The position numbers and the translations under genes are program-made. A DNA stretch of 62,701 nucleotides, filler included. It is 5 parts of 5 records of this genome, joined end to end, with 100 filler letters (N's around TTAATTAATTAA, not from the genome) between each part and the next. Parts side by side here need not be neighbours in the genome. Positions count along the whole stretch, not along the records: positions 46,618 to 57,507 come from SRR20825010_1488; positions 57,608 to 62,701 come from SRR20825010_1506; 3 more parts are not named here. One strand, written 5' to 3'. Under the pieces are notes generated by a model that saw only the letters and a list, made by a program, of their open reading frames with translations, did not search any database and was not told the origin of the DNA. This document shows, one piece after another, positions 51,772-62,006 of the stretch; position 1 is the stretch's first letter, and each line of letters opens with the position of its first letter.

Positions 51772-52635
51772 ATGTCCAATACCGTTAAAATAATAGAATG
51801 TCCAAGAGATGCCATGCAAGGCATCAAAACTTTTATTCCAACAGAAAAAAAGGTAAAGTACATTCAATCCCTTTTGAATTGTGGTTTTGATACCATAGAC
51901 TTTGGGAGTTTTGTTTCTCCCAGGGCAATTCCTCAAATGGTTGATACGGCTGAGGTCCTTTCCCAATTGGACCTATCCAAGACCACAAGTAAGTTATTGG
52001 CTATTGTCGCAAACGTGAGAGGGGCAATGGATGCCTCCGAACATAATTCCATAGATTATCTGGGATATCCTTTTTCCATTTCGGAGAATTTCCAAATGCG
52101 GAATACCCACAAAACAATTACTGAATCAGTAGCGACACTTGAAGAAATTTTAAGGATTGCAGGAGACTCTGGCAAAGAAGTGGTTACTTATATTTCTATG
52201 GGATTTGGGAACCCATATGGGGATCCTTGGAATGTTGAGATAGTGGGGGAATGGACAACAAGACTGGCCGGGATGGGGGTAAAAATATTATCACTTTCAG
52301 ATACGGTGGGATCTTCGACCCCGGAGGTAATCGACTATTTATTTTCCAACCTGATTCCAAAATTCCCTGAAATCGAATTTGGAGCCCATCTACATACCAC
52401 TCCTTCCAAATGGCACGAAAAAGTTGATGCTGCCTACAAGGCTGGCTGTCGTAGGTTTGATGGGGCAGTGCAGGGTTTTGGAGGGTGTCCAATGGCAAAG
52501 GATGAGCTCACTGGAAATATGCCCACCGAAAAGATGCTTTCCTACTTTACGGCGGTCAAGGCCGATACAAATGTTAATTGGATGGCTTTTGAAGCTGCAT
52601 TCAATAAAGCATCCGACCTGTTTTCCAAGTATTGA
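51772..52635 (+). CDS. Hydroxymethylglutaryl-CoA lyase
   Basis: ECPRDAMQ, SFVSPRAIPQM, LSDTVG, HLH and GGCPMA..GN. Confidence 0.9.
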   Translation: MSNTVKIIECPRDAMQGIKTFIPTEKKVKYIQSLLNCGFDTIDFGSFVSPRAIPQMVDTAEVLSQLDLSKTTSKLLAIVANVRGAMDASEHNSIDYLGYPFSISENFQMRNTHKTITESVATLEEILRIAGDSGKEVVTYISMGFGNPYGDPWNVEIVGEWTTRLAGMGVKILSLSDTVGSSTPEVIDYLFSNLIPKFPEIEFGAHLHTTPSKWHEKVDAAYKAGCRRFDGAVQGFGGCPMAKDELTGNMPTEKMLSYFTAVKADTNVNWMAFEAAFNKASDLFSKY

Positions 52636-52767
52636 TTTAACCGCTTAAAACGGGAAACACCCAAGGAAACCTTAATGGCAATTTTTGTTGTTTAAAGTGT
52701 TGAAATCCTCAGTTTACTGATATTTAAATTCCTATATTGTTATTTAATAAGAACCAAATATCAAAAA

Positions 52768-54348
52768 ATGAAAATTCTTCAGAGGCTAATTACCTGCAGT
52801 AGTTTATATGTGTTGTTTGTTTTTATAGCGGCATGTCCGTCCAGAGGTACTTCTCAAGAGTCGTATACGACAGGGCCTAATTCAGATAGCTATGAAGGGA
52901 TACCTCAAGGGAAGGTGAGCAAGCATCAATGGAAAAGCAAAATTTACCCTAATACCATAAGGGATTATTACCTTTATGTGCCAAGTCAATACAACCCTGC
53001 CGAGGCTAGCGCTTTGATGGTATTTCAGGACGGGCATGCCTATGTTGACGTTCAGGGTCAATTTAAGGTGCCCACCGTTTTTGATAATCTTATAGCACAA
53101 GGAGAAATGCCCGTAACTATTGGCCTGTTTATAAATCCTGGCCATGACTTGGATGCTGCTAAAGTGGATAATCCTTGGAAATCATCAAATAGAAGTCTGG
53201 AGTATGACACCGTCTCGGATACCTATGGGAAATTTCTTCTGGAAGAATTGATACCTGAAATTAAGAAAAGTTATAATATTTCCGAAGATCCAGAACTTAG
53301 GGCAATTGCGGGTATGTCCTCTGGAGGAATATGTGCTTTTTCAGCTGCATGGTTCTACCCTGAGGCGTTTCATAAAGTATTGAGCCATATAGGAAGTTTC
53401 ACGGACATTAGGGGTGGACACAATTATCCTTCTATGATAAGAAAGCAAGACCATAAGGATATTAAGGTTTTTTTGCAGGATGGTAGTGATGATCTCAATA
53501 ATCAATATGGGGATTGGTGGTTGGCGAATTTACAGATGGAATCGGCACTGAAATATAAAGGGTACGACTTTAAGTTCGAAAAAGGTTCGGGTGGCCATAG
53601 CGGAATCCATGGAGGTGCTATTTTGCCTGAATCATTGTCTTGGTTATGGAGCGATGTTGTTCCCAATAGAATTGAATCTAATGTATATCGTTTTCCAAGA
53701 ACTCTGGCCGATTCGGTTATGATCCAAGGTGAAACCATGCATTTTGATAAAATGGAATTCAAAACGGTGCAGCTTTCAAATTCATCGGATGGTCGAAATC
53801 TTTTTAATTCCAATCAGGAACAAATCTTGATCATTAAGGAAGGCGAAGTTCAGGTGAAAGTCAATACTAGAACGGAGACCCTAGGAAAAAACAGTGTAAT
53901 TGTGATTATGCCGGGGGACAAGGCTTTTGTGAAAAGTTTGTCACCGAGTAGTACTTATTACACTATGATCTATAAGTCCAAAGGTAACATGGATGTAAGA
54001 AGAGCTAGGAAGAGCGGTGGGTCTACCCTCATTAATTTTGAGGACTTGGATTTCAAAGAGCATGATAAGGGGGGTATTCGGAATTTCTTCCATCGTTCAA
54101 CGGCCATGTGTCCTTATTATGAGATGCACGTAACTACTTTAAAGTCAGGTATTAAAAGTCATGAACCCCATACCCACTATGCTACGGAGGTAGTTCTGGT
54201 AATCAGTGGACAAACCGAGATGGAAATTGGTAATGGCGTTTTTAGGGCCCAGGAAGGGGATTTATACTTTCTTCCCTCCAATGTTCCCCATGCCATTAAG
54301 AATATAGGTTCCGGACCTTGTGAATACTTTGCATTCCAATGGAATTAG
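52768..54348 (+). CDS. Secreted Fes-like alpha/beta esterase fused to two cupin domains
   Basis: LMVFQDG, nucleophile GMSSGG and GGH; C-terminal cupin HEPHTH..E..PSNVPH. Confidence 0.75.
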   Translation: MKILQRLITCSSLYVLFVFIAACPSRGTSQESYTTGPNSDSYEGIPQGKVSKHQWKSKIYPNTIRDYYLYVPSQYNPAEASALMVFQDGHAYVDVQGQFKVPTVFDNLIAQGEMPVTIGLFINPGHDLDAAKVDNPWKSSNRSLEYDTVSDTYGKFLLEELIPEIKKSYNISEDPELRAIAGMSSGGICAFSAAWFYPEAFHKVLSHIGSFTDIRGGHNYPSMIRKQDHKDIKVFLQDGSDDLNNQYGDWWLANLQMESALKYKGYDFKFEKGSGGHSGIHGGAILPESLSWLWSDVVPNRIESNVYRFPRTLADSVMIQGETMHFDKMEFKTVQLSNSSDGRNLFNSNQEQILIIKEGEVQVKVNTRTETLGKNSVIVIMPGDKAFVKSLSPSSTYYTMIYKSKGNMDVRRARKSGGSTLINFEDLDFKEHDKGGIRNFFHRSTAMCPYYEMHVTTLKSGIKSHEPHTHYATEVVLVISGQTEMEIGNGVFRAQEGDLYFLPSNVPHAIKNIGSGPCEYFAFQWN

Positions 54349-54418
54349 GGAGCTCTTTTTTCTGCTCATAACAATGCTCCTAACACTAGTTTCTGAAATG
54401 TGTTAAAATTCAATATTT

Positions 54419-54437
54419 ATTTAGATTTAGTTTAAAT
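54419..54437. promoter_or_regulatory. Fur-box-like operator
   Basis: ATTTAGATTTAGTTTAAAT, 16/19 match to the palindrome ATTTAGAATTATTCTAAAT; next to -33 TTTG (54442) and -7 TATATTTG (54465-54472). Confidence 0.6.
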
Positions 54438-54518
54438 TATGTTTGTCAGTTTGGTTCTTGCCATTATATTTGCACCCGAAATTTATATTTATCCAATCTA
54501 AATAAGAACAATTTTATA

Positions 54519-55697
54519 ATGAAAAGAATTTCTGTAGTATTCGGATTACTCTTAGCAACTGGAGTATTTGCTCAGACTGCCAATGATTCCATTACCTTGG
54601 ATCCACAAAAACAATTGAATGCGGCCCAACGCTTACTTTCTGGTAATTATGCCTCGGCAGTTACCGTAGGTGCCTATGGGGAAATGCTTTACAATCAGCC
54701 TGAAGGCGACAATGGAGAGATAGATGTTCAAAGGTTGGTACTGCTTTTGGGGTATAGGTTTAACGATAGGGCTCAATTTGTTACTGAGATTGAATTTGAA
54801 CATGTTGAGGAAGTATATGTTGAACAGGCTTTTGTTAACTATAATCTTGGAAATAGCGTTAATCTTAGGGGTGGTTTAATGTTGGTGCCAATGGGTATTG
54901 TCAACGAATTTCATGAACCAACTACTTTCAACGGAACAGAGCGTCCTGCTATGGACAATGTTATAGTTCCTACCACTTGGAGGGAATTGGGAGTTGGTGT
55001 TTTCGGGAGGGTGAACGACCTATCTTTGGGTTACCAAGCTTATATATTCAACGGATTTAAATCTACAGAAGCTGACGGCGAAGGCGGAATCAATGGATTT
55101 TTGCAAGGTTCCAGTGGATTAAGGGGAGGAAGACAAAAAGGAATCAAATCTACCATCGATACTCCAACCCTTTCCGCTAAATTGGATTATTATGGAATCC
55201 CAGGCCTGCGTGTAGGGCTTTCTGGATATTTTGGAAAAACTCAGGCTGCCGATGATGTAGAAGAGCTTACAGGAGCAAACATTGGAATTTCCATGGTTGG
55301 CTTGGATGCAAGATACGCACTAGGTAATTTTACGGCAAGAGGACAATTTATATATGCCTCCCTTTCCGATACCGAAGATTACAACGCTTTAACCGGTAGT
55401 AATTTGGGTAGCGCTCTGCAAGGATGGTATGTGGAAGGTGCCTACAATCTTTTGCCAGCTGGTAATGAGCAAAAACTGTTTGCCTTTGCCAGATACGAAA
55501 AATATGATACCCATGCCGATACAGCGGGTTCTTTGGCAAGGAACGATGCATACAACAAAACGGATGTAACTACAGGCCTTACCTATCATTTAGCACCGGG
55601 AGTTGTGTTGAAAGGGGATTATCAATTTAAATCTAACGCGGTAGACAATAGTTATCTTCAAAATGTATTGAATTTTGGTATAGGAGTTTGGTTCTAA
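54519..55697 (+). CDS. Outer-membrane beta-barrel (porin-like) protein
   Basis: Signal peptide; EIEFEH..VEQA, HEPTTF..RP and PTTWRELG; C-terminal GIGVWF. Confidence 0.75.
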   Translation: MKRISVVFGLLLATGVFAQTANDSITLDPQKQLNAAQRLLSGNYASAVTVGAYGEMLYNQPEGDNGEIDVQRLVLLLGYRFNDRAQFVTEIEFEHVEEVYVEQAFVNYNLGNSVNLRGGLMLVPMGIVNEFHEPTTFNGTERPAMDNVIVPTTWRELGVGVFGRVNDLSLGYQAYIFNGFKSTEADGEGGINGFLQGSSGLRGGRQKGIKSTIDTPTLSAKLDYYGIPGLRVGLSGYFGKTQAADDVEELTGANIGISMVGLDARYALGNFTARGQFIYASLSDTEDYNALTGSNLGSALQGWYVEGAYNLLPAGNEQKLFAFARYEKYDTHADTAGSLARNDAYNKTDVTTGLTYHLAPGVVLKGDYQFKSNAVDNSYLQNVLNFGIGVWF

Positions 55698-55747
55698 TCT
55701 GGAATAAGTAAAATTTCCAATTCATAGCCCTAAATATCTTAATTATT

Positions 55748-55766
55748 ATTAAAAATGATTCTAAAT
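55748..55766. promoter_or_regulatory. Fur-box-like operator
   Basis: ATTAAAAATGATTCTAAAT, 16/19 match to the same palindrome, just upstream of a TATATTTG -7 element. Confidence 0.55.
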
Positions 55767-55781
55767 TAGTATATTTGGGGC

Positions 55782-56318
55782 ATGAATTTTAGAAAACGGA
55801 TAACGGTTATTTTAGCTTTTTTTTCTTTGATGTTTTTTGGGTTTGGAATCCCGAAAAATGTTCAAAAGAAAATGGACAAGGAAGTGGAAAAGATATTTGA
55901 TACCACAAATTACTCCTTGACGTCCTTTGCTGTTTCCAAGACAGTAAACGAACAACTTCCGACCAAGATTACTACTGATAATTTCTTCCATATAAAACAG
56001 GGCAACACCTTGCTGGGATACGCCTTTGTAGATCAGGCACCCAGTAAGACAGCGCAATTCGATTATTTGGTCATCTTCAATCCCAATTTGGAAATCATCC
56101 ACTCAAAGGTCTTGATATATCGTGAAGAGTACGGTGGGGAAATTGGAAGCAAAAGGTGGTTGGAGCAGTTTACCGGAAAAACAGGTAAAGATAGGGTTAG
56201 CCATGAAACCAATATAGACGGTATTTCTGGCGCAACAATTTCGGTACGTTCCATGACTACATCAATGGATAAGCTGTTGCAAACAGTTGGCATTCTTCAA
56301 GAAAAAAACTTGCTTTAA
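55782..56318 (+). CDS. FMN-binding (flavinylated) extracytoplasmic protein
   Basis: N-terminal hydrophobic segment; YRE.YGGEI..WLEQF and flavinylation motif DGISGATIS. Confidence 0.85.
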   Translation: MNFRKRITVILAFFSLMFFGFGIPKNVQKKMDKEVEKIFDTTNYSLTSFAVSKTVNEQLPTKITTDNFFHIKQGNTLLGYAFVDQAPSKTAQFDYLVIFNPNLEIIHSKVLIYREEYGGEIGSKRWLEQFTGKTGKDRVSHETNIDGISGATISVRSMTTSMDKLLQTVGILQEKNLL

Positions 56319-56818
56319 TGGGTTATGACGGTCTCTTATTGACATTGCCCAAGGGAATAAAATGGTTTGTTGCCACCTTTGTTCTTGTACTGAGTATTGG
56401 CTTTTATACTGGCCTTTTATTTGTTTCTGAAACCAGTACCGCCTCTCCCCACGGCATTGTGGAAAATTATTTGGGAAATGAGGAGGATGAGGAGGCAGAG
56501 GTAATGAAGTTCAAAAAAGGGGAACGGGAAATGCTAACCATTATACATACCCATATTCTTTCCATGTCGCTCATTTTTTTTCTACTTGGTGGACTGGTAT
56601 GGCTCGCCAAACTTTCTCACAAGCTTAAAATGTTCCTTACAATAGAACCTTTTTTATCAGTGATTTTAACTTTTGGGGGCATTTATTTAATGTGGTCGGG
56701 GTTACTATGGATGAAATATGTGGTTATCCTTTCAGGTATTTTAATGACCTTGACCTTTAGTGTTGCTGCATTATTGGTGCTTTATCAATTGTGTAAAAAA
56801 ACGGTAACAGTCAATTAA
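56318..56818 (+). CDS. Hypothetical four-TM membrane protein
   Basis: TAATG coupling to the FMN-binding gene; His-containing segment IIHTHILSM. Confidence 0.75.
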   Translation: MGYDGLLLTLPKGIKWFVATFVLVLSIGFYTGLLFVSETSTASPHGIVENYLGNEEDEEAEVMKFKKGEREMLTIIHTHILSMSLIFFLLGGLVWLAKLSHKLKMFLTIEPFLSVILTFGGIYLMWSGLLWMKYVVILSGILMTLTFSVAALLVLYQLCKKTVTVN

Positions 56819-56883
56819 CACAATAACTGTTCATCAGTTCTTTTAAATGTAGTATATTTGCACGCAATTAATCTTTAATTGCT

Positions 56884-57507
56884 ATGCAAGCTCACCTAAA
56901 TAAAATTGTTGGCGAAGGTCTTACGTACGATGACGTACTTTTGGTTCCAGCATTTTCAGAAGTACTTCCCAGGGAAGTCAATATTCAAACAAAATTTACT
57001 AGAAATATTACGATCAATGTTCCCATTGTTTCGGCAGCTATGGATACCGTAACGGAATCCCGTATGGCCATTGCCATTGCCCAGGAAGGTGGAATTGGTG
57101 TTTTGCATAAGAACATGACCATAGAACAGCAAGCGCTGAAAGTACGCAAGGTAAAACGAGCGGAAAGCGGTATGATCATAGATCCCGTTACCCTGCCTTT
57201 AAATTCAAAGGTAAGGGATGCCAAAGCAAATATGAAGGAATTCAGTATTGGCGGGATACCCATTGTAGATGATAAGGGTAAACTTATAGGTATCGTAACC
57301 AACAGGGATCTTCGTTTTGAAAAAAATAATGATCGTCCCATTTCCGAGGTTATGACCTCCAAAAATCTAGTTACTGTAGCCGAAGGAACTTCTTTGGAGC
57401 AGGCTGAGGATATTTTGCAGGTAAACAAAATTGAAAAATTACCCGTTGTTGATAAGGACTACAAGCTTGTTGGGCTTATTACCTTTAGGGATATTACAAA
57501 ACTTACC
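56884..57507 (+). CDS. guaB: IMP dehydrogenase (3' end truncated)
   Basis: [29 protein letters not shown] and a CBS pair. Confidence 0.96.
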
Positions 57508-57607
57508 NNNNNNNNNNNNNNNNNNNNNNNNNNNNNNNNNNNNNNNNNNNNTTAATTAATTAANNNNNNNNNNNNNNNNNNNNNNNNNNNNNNNNNNNNN
57601 NNNNNNN
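57508..57607. other. Artificial contig spacer
   Basis: N run with TTAATTAATTAA. Confidence 0.99.
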
Positions 57608-58438
57608 GATCAGCGCCTGATCGTGATACATGCAGATTGCCGCATCGTAAGTCTTGCGCGCTTCGGCATGAAACATCGTGTCGGCGGATAGCGGGCCGAA
57701 AGCCGCTATGCCTTCCGCTTTCAAAGCTTCCACGGCAGGAGCGACAATGTCGCGGTCTTCTGTCCCAATTGTTCCATCTTCTCCGGCATGAGGGTTAAGC
57801 CCGGCGATGGCCAGCCGGGGAGTTTTGCAGCCAAAGTCCCGCTTCAAAGCTTCGGCGGTGATCCGTGCCCTGGTGACGATCATCCCGGTCGTGAGCGTCT
57901 CGGCAACCCGCGCAAGAGGGATGTGGATCGTGACCGGAACAACGCGGATCTGTGGTGCGGCAAGCATCATGACCGGCGTTACATCGGGGCCGGCCAGTGC
58001 CGCCAAAAATTCTGTATGACCGGGATATTTGAAGCCGGCTTCGTAAAGCACGCTTTTCTGAATTGGATTGGTCACGATCGCGGCGGAACGTCCTGCGCGC
58101 GTGAACTCAACGGCTTGCTCTATTGCCGTAATAACGGCGCCGCCATTCGCCGGGTTCAGCCTTCCGGGGACTGGCGGGACGGGAAAGGTTATGGGCAGAA
58201 CGGGAAGGCCGCGCTCGAAGACGGACGCGGCATCCTCCGGTTTGTCTATGGCTTTGATCGGCACGTCCTCTCCGACCAGACTTGCAAGCCTGGCCAGACG
58301 CTCTGGATCGTCCAGCAGGAAGAACGGAGAGAGGCGGTTACGGGCGGAAGCCCATGCCTTGAGGGTGATCTCGGCTCCCACTCCCGCAGGCTCTCCCGGG
58401 GTGACGGCGAGGGGAGGGATACGGGCTTCTGTTTTCAT
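57608..58438 (-). CDS. pdxA: 4-hydroxythreonine-4-phosphate dehydrogenase (3' end truncated)
   Basis: GEPAGVG, PGHTEFL, GLNPHAGE and MYHDQ. Confidence 0.95.
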
Positions 58439-58446
58439 GGTCTGGC

Positions 58447-59754
58447 CTAGATACGCGTATCTAGGAATGCGTCCCGGCGGATGTCGCGCAGATAGCGTTG
58501 GGCAAAGGTCTCGAACTTGACGGCACGCAGCCTGTCAGCGATTTCATCACGCCCGGGCAGGTCGCTTTCCGGCTCTTCTCGGGCGCATACCATGATGGTG
58601 CTGAAACCGGATGGCAGACGTACGGGATCGGAGAGCTCGCCGGTTTTGAGGTCGATCACGGCATCACGCAGCAGGGGGGACAATTCGCCGATTTCCAATG
58701 TTCCGAGATCAGTCGCCGCCGGTGATTTCAGTTCGGTCGCAAGCGCATCCATATCCTCGCAGCTTTGTGCGGTTTCCGAAACGGCACTGGCGATGCTCTT
58801 CTGACTGGCTTCGGCTTCCGGGCTGGAGTTCGGCGGAACCGGTATAAAGACCTGTTTCAGGGTGACCTTGGCCTTTTCCGGGCTGGGGGCGCTCAGGATG
58901 CGCCGTTCTGTCAGCTGAATAATTTGATATCCGAAGATCGTCTTGATCGGATCGCTGATCTCTCCGGGCGCCAGGCTGTCGACGGCGGCCGCGATCTCAT
59001 CGCCAAGCTGCTCTTTTGTTGTCCAGCCAATATCGCCGCCTGTCGCCGCTGTGGCGCCCTGGGAGAATTCACGCGCAATGGCATCGAACTCGGCACCGGA
59101 GCGCAGTTGATTGACAAGCCGTTCCGCGACCTCTTCCTCATTGACGGACGGATTGTTCGAATCGAGAAGGATTTCGCGGATACGGTATTGCGGCTCACCC
59201 CTATTGCGCTCCAACCGGTTCAGTGCGTCGTCAATTTCATCGATCGTGACTTCGACGGTGCTTTGGAAGCGGCGGCGGACAAGTTTTACCCAGGCAATGT
59301 CGGCCCGCATCTGGTCCAGCACCGTCTGGCTCGAGATGCCCTGGTTGTCGAGAAAACGGTCGAACGATCCGGGGGCCAGCTTATTGCGCTGTTCCATTGA
59401 CCGCTTGGCGCGTTCAAGCTCGTCTGCGCTCACGTCGATTGAAAGTCGTTTGGACTCCTGAAGCTTCAGCTTTTCATCCACCAGACTGCGCAGGACTTGC
59501 GGCCATATGCGCTGAAAGGTCTGGGCGTTGCGCGGCAGGTTCGAAATAATCATGACCATGCGCACACGGGCATCGAGATCCCGGACCGAGATGATGTCGT
59601 CATTTACAATGGCTGCGATCCTCAGCGCATCCTGCGCGAGAGCCTTTGTGCCGCCAAGGCCGGACAGACCTGCCGTTATCAGAAATGCCGTGAGGGCGAT
59701 CCGCAACAGGGCCGGATAATGCCACTTCATGAAACTCAATCCAGGTTTCGCCAT
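58447..59754 (-). CDS. surA: SurA-like periplasmic chaperone/PPIase (start may be 59730)
   Basis: IAAIVNDDIIS N-domain and parvulin GGDIGW; lies between lptD and pdxA. Confidence 0.88.
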   Translation of the reverse strand: MAKPGLSFMKWHYPALLRIALTAFLITAGLSGLGGTKALAQDALRIAAIVNDDIISVRDLDARVRMVMIISNLPRNAQTFQRIWPQVLRSLVDEKLKLQESKRLSIDVSADELERAKRSMEQRNKLAPGSFDRFLDNQGISSQTVLDQMRADIAWVKLVRRRFQSTVEVTIDEIDDALNRLERNRGEPQYRIREILLDSNNPSVNEEEVAERLVNQLRSGAEFDAIAREFSQGATAATGGDIGWTTKEQLGDEIAAAVDSLAPGEISDPIKTIFGYQIIQLTERRILSAPSPEKAKVTLKQVFIPVPPNSSPEAEASQKSIASAVSETAQSCEDMDALATELKSPAATDLGTLEIGELSPLLRDAVIDLKTGELSDPVRLPSGFSTIMVCAREEPESDLPGRDEIADRLRAVKFETFAQRYLRDIRRDAFLDTRI

Positions 59755-59786
59755 TTTGGTTCGATGTCTACCCTTGGTCCGTATCG

Positions 59787-62003
59787 TCAGTTACTGGCAA
59801 AGCTGCCGAGATGCTTGAAGGCAATCTGTAACATGACGGTTTGTTCCGGTTCGATATCGTCGTCTTCCAGCTCGCTTCTTTCATAGACAAGGCCGAATGT
59901 GAAGCACTCATCGGCATAAACCAGTCCTGTCGACGCGATCAGGGTGCGGTTCGCGTCGTCCGAGAAGTCCTGAACGATCCGTCCGTTTGCGCTCCAGAAA
60001 TCGCTCAATCTCACGGACCCGGAGATATCGAGCTGCTCTCTCTCCAGGAAAGTGGTGTCACCGGCGATGTCGTCGGAATTGGTTCCGTCGTCAAGCAGTA
60101 CATAGTCCGCGAGGATGGAGAAACGGGGATGCTGATAGCGCATGCCGATCTCGCTGCGGCGCGGGCTGAAATCATCCTTGTCTAGCCGGAAGCGGAGCAG
60201 GAAGTCGAATTGGTCATTCGGACTGACATGCACGCGGCCGACATAGTCGGAAAGATCGTCTTCCAGGCCGGATCCTACTTCGAAGGGGCCGTGTCCGTAG
60301 AACTGGTAGCTCTGGCCGAACAGCAGGGACGAAGAGCCGCCGCCATTGCCATAAACTCCCGTCTTGAAACCGTAATCGACACGGCTGCCGCTGGTTACCA
60401 GATCACTTCCGGTAAACCTGTTCATGCGAAACAGGTTGGTGTCGTCAAACAGGAAAGACTGGCTGTCTTCGTTTGAGATCTCGTCCGGATTGCCGCCATC
60501 GGGTGCCAGTACGAGATTAACGATCGGCTCGACGGTCTGATGGTAATTCTCACTGGCCCGGGCCAGGGGATAACGCCAGTTCAGCCCCACCTGGGGAAAG
60601 AGCCGTCCGGTTTCCCCTTCTTCACCATTCGCAAGATCGTCAGTCTGGTAAAAGTCGCTGTCGAGCGTGGCGGTGAGGGTATAGATATCGCCGGCCGGAG
60701 CGATATAGGGCAGGGACCAGCCACTGCGTATGGCGATCTTCCTGCTATCCGCGCCGGTCTGGCGGGTGAGTGACATGGCCGTTGCATCCAGTTGGAACCG
60801 CCCGCCCGCTGAATCCGGCTCGCCGACAAAATTATATTCGAAAAGCGGGGCGACCGTCGGGGACCTGTCGCTGGAATCACCCGGGTTGAGGCCTTGGAAT
60901 TTCAGTGCTTCGACAGATGTATAGCTGCGTCCCCTGAAGCCTTCGGTATAGGCCCGGGTGGTCAGGACCTCACGGCTGTCGAGGCGATAGCGCCGCAGAT
61001 AGGTACGTCCGCTGGCTTGTTCGAGATCAAAGCCTCCACGCCATGTCCGGTCAAAATCGAAGCGCCCCTCAAGATCGACGCTGCCTTCGAGTTCCTGTTC
61101 ACCGTTGTCGGCATTGTCGCCCTGCTGGTCGAGATAGCCACCAGTACCCTGAAAGTTGATCATGCCACTGGTGAATCGTTGCCTGTATCTGGCTTTCAGG
61201 ATTCCGCCGTCTTCGGAATAGATGATCGGCATGAGCTCCAGGTCCTTGGACTCGTCAATCACCTGATAATAGGGCTGGCCATAGATGAAGCCGAGCTCGT
61301 TCGAGGTCCCGATCAGTGGGGCGAGGAAGCCGCTGCGCCGGTCCACTGTCGGGTCCGGGTGGGCCAGATAGGGCGTGTAAAGTACCGGAATACCAAACAT
61401 TTCCAGGGTTGCATCATTGTAAATGATGTCCTTGGCGACCTCATCATGCACGATCTTCCGGGCTTTGATCTGCCAGAGAGGAGCCCGTGACGGATCTTCC
61501 TTGCAGCTCTCGCACGGTGTGAAGACAGCGCGGGACAAGACCTTTTGCTGTTCCCTTGTGCGGACGCCCCGGTTTGCTGCAAGACGGGAGCCGTCCGTCA
61601 TGCGCAGACGAAGGTTATCGATGATGCCGGTCTTCAGCTCGTTATGCAGCTCCGCATAGTCGCTGAAGATGACTTCTCCCGTCGGCTCCAGCAGGGAGAT
61701 ATTGCCGGTGGCGATCACGGTGTCTTCGCGCTGGTTGTAGATGACGCTGTCGGCCAGCAGGACGCGATCGTTTTGCGAAAGCTCTACATTGCCGCGCGCA
61801 GTAATGGTGCCGAGCGTTTCGTCATGGACCAACTCGTCAGCGACCATCAGTACGGGCTCTTCGCCGATGTCGCGTTCTTGAGCGTGGGCCTGCCGGGCGT
61901 CTGGTATCTGGGCACTGAAACAGGCTGCGGCGGCCAGGACATGCCAGCAAAATATGCCGAGATGGCGGCGTGTCCGGTTCCACAAACGAAGGCCCAGGAT
62001 CAT
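59787..62003 (-). CDS. lptD: LPS assembly protein LptD
   Basis: OstA-like N-domain (TARGNVEL), FTPCESC..PLWQIKA, RRSGFLAP and a C-terminal barrel. Confidence 0.93.
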   Translation of the reverse strand: MILGLRLWNRTRRHLGIFCWHVLAAAACFSAQIPDARQAHAQERDIGEEPVLMVADELVHDETLGTITARGNVELSQNDRVLLADSVIYNQREDTVIATGNISLLEPTGEVIFSDYAELHNELKTGIIDNLRLRMTDGSRLAANRGVRTREQQKVLSRAVFTPCESCKEDPSRAPLWQIKARKIVHDEVAKDIIYNDATLEMFGIPVLYTPYLAHPDPTVDRRSGFLAPLIGTSNELGFIYGQPYYQVIDESKDLELMPIIYSEDGGILKARYRQRFTSGMINFQGTGGYLDQQGDNADNGEQELEGSVDLEGRFDFDRTWRGGFDLEQASGRTYLRRYRLDSREVLTTRAYTEGFRGRSYTSVEALKFQGLNPGDSSDRSPTVAPLFEYNFVGEPDSAGGRFQLDATAMSLTRQTGADSRKIAIRSGWSLPYIAPAGDIYTLTATLDSDFYQTDDLANGEEGETGRLFPQVGLNWRYPLARASENYHQTVEPIVNLVLAPDGGNPDEISNEDSQSFLFDDTNLFRMNRFTGSDLVTSGSRVDYGFKTGVYGNGGGSSSLLFGQSYQFYGHGPFEVGSGLEDDLSDYVGRVHVSPNDQFDFLLRFRLDKDDFSPRRSEIGMRYQHPRFSILADYVLLDDGTNSDDIAGDTTFLEREQLDISGSVRLSDFWSANGRIVQDFSDDANRTLIASTGLVYADECFTFGLVYERSELEDDDIEPEQTVMLQIAFKHLGSFASN

Positions 62004-62006
62004 TGA

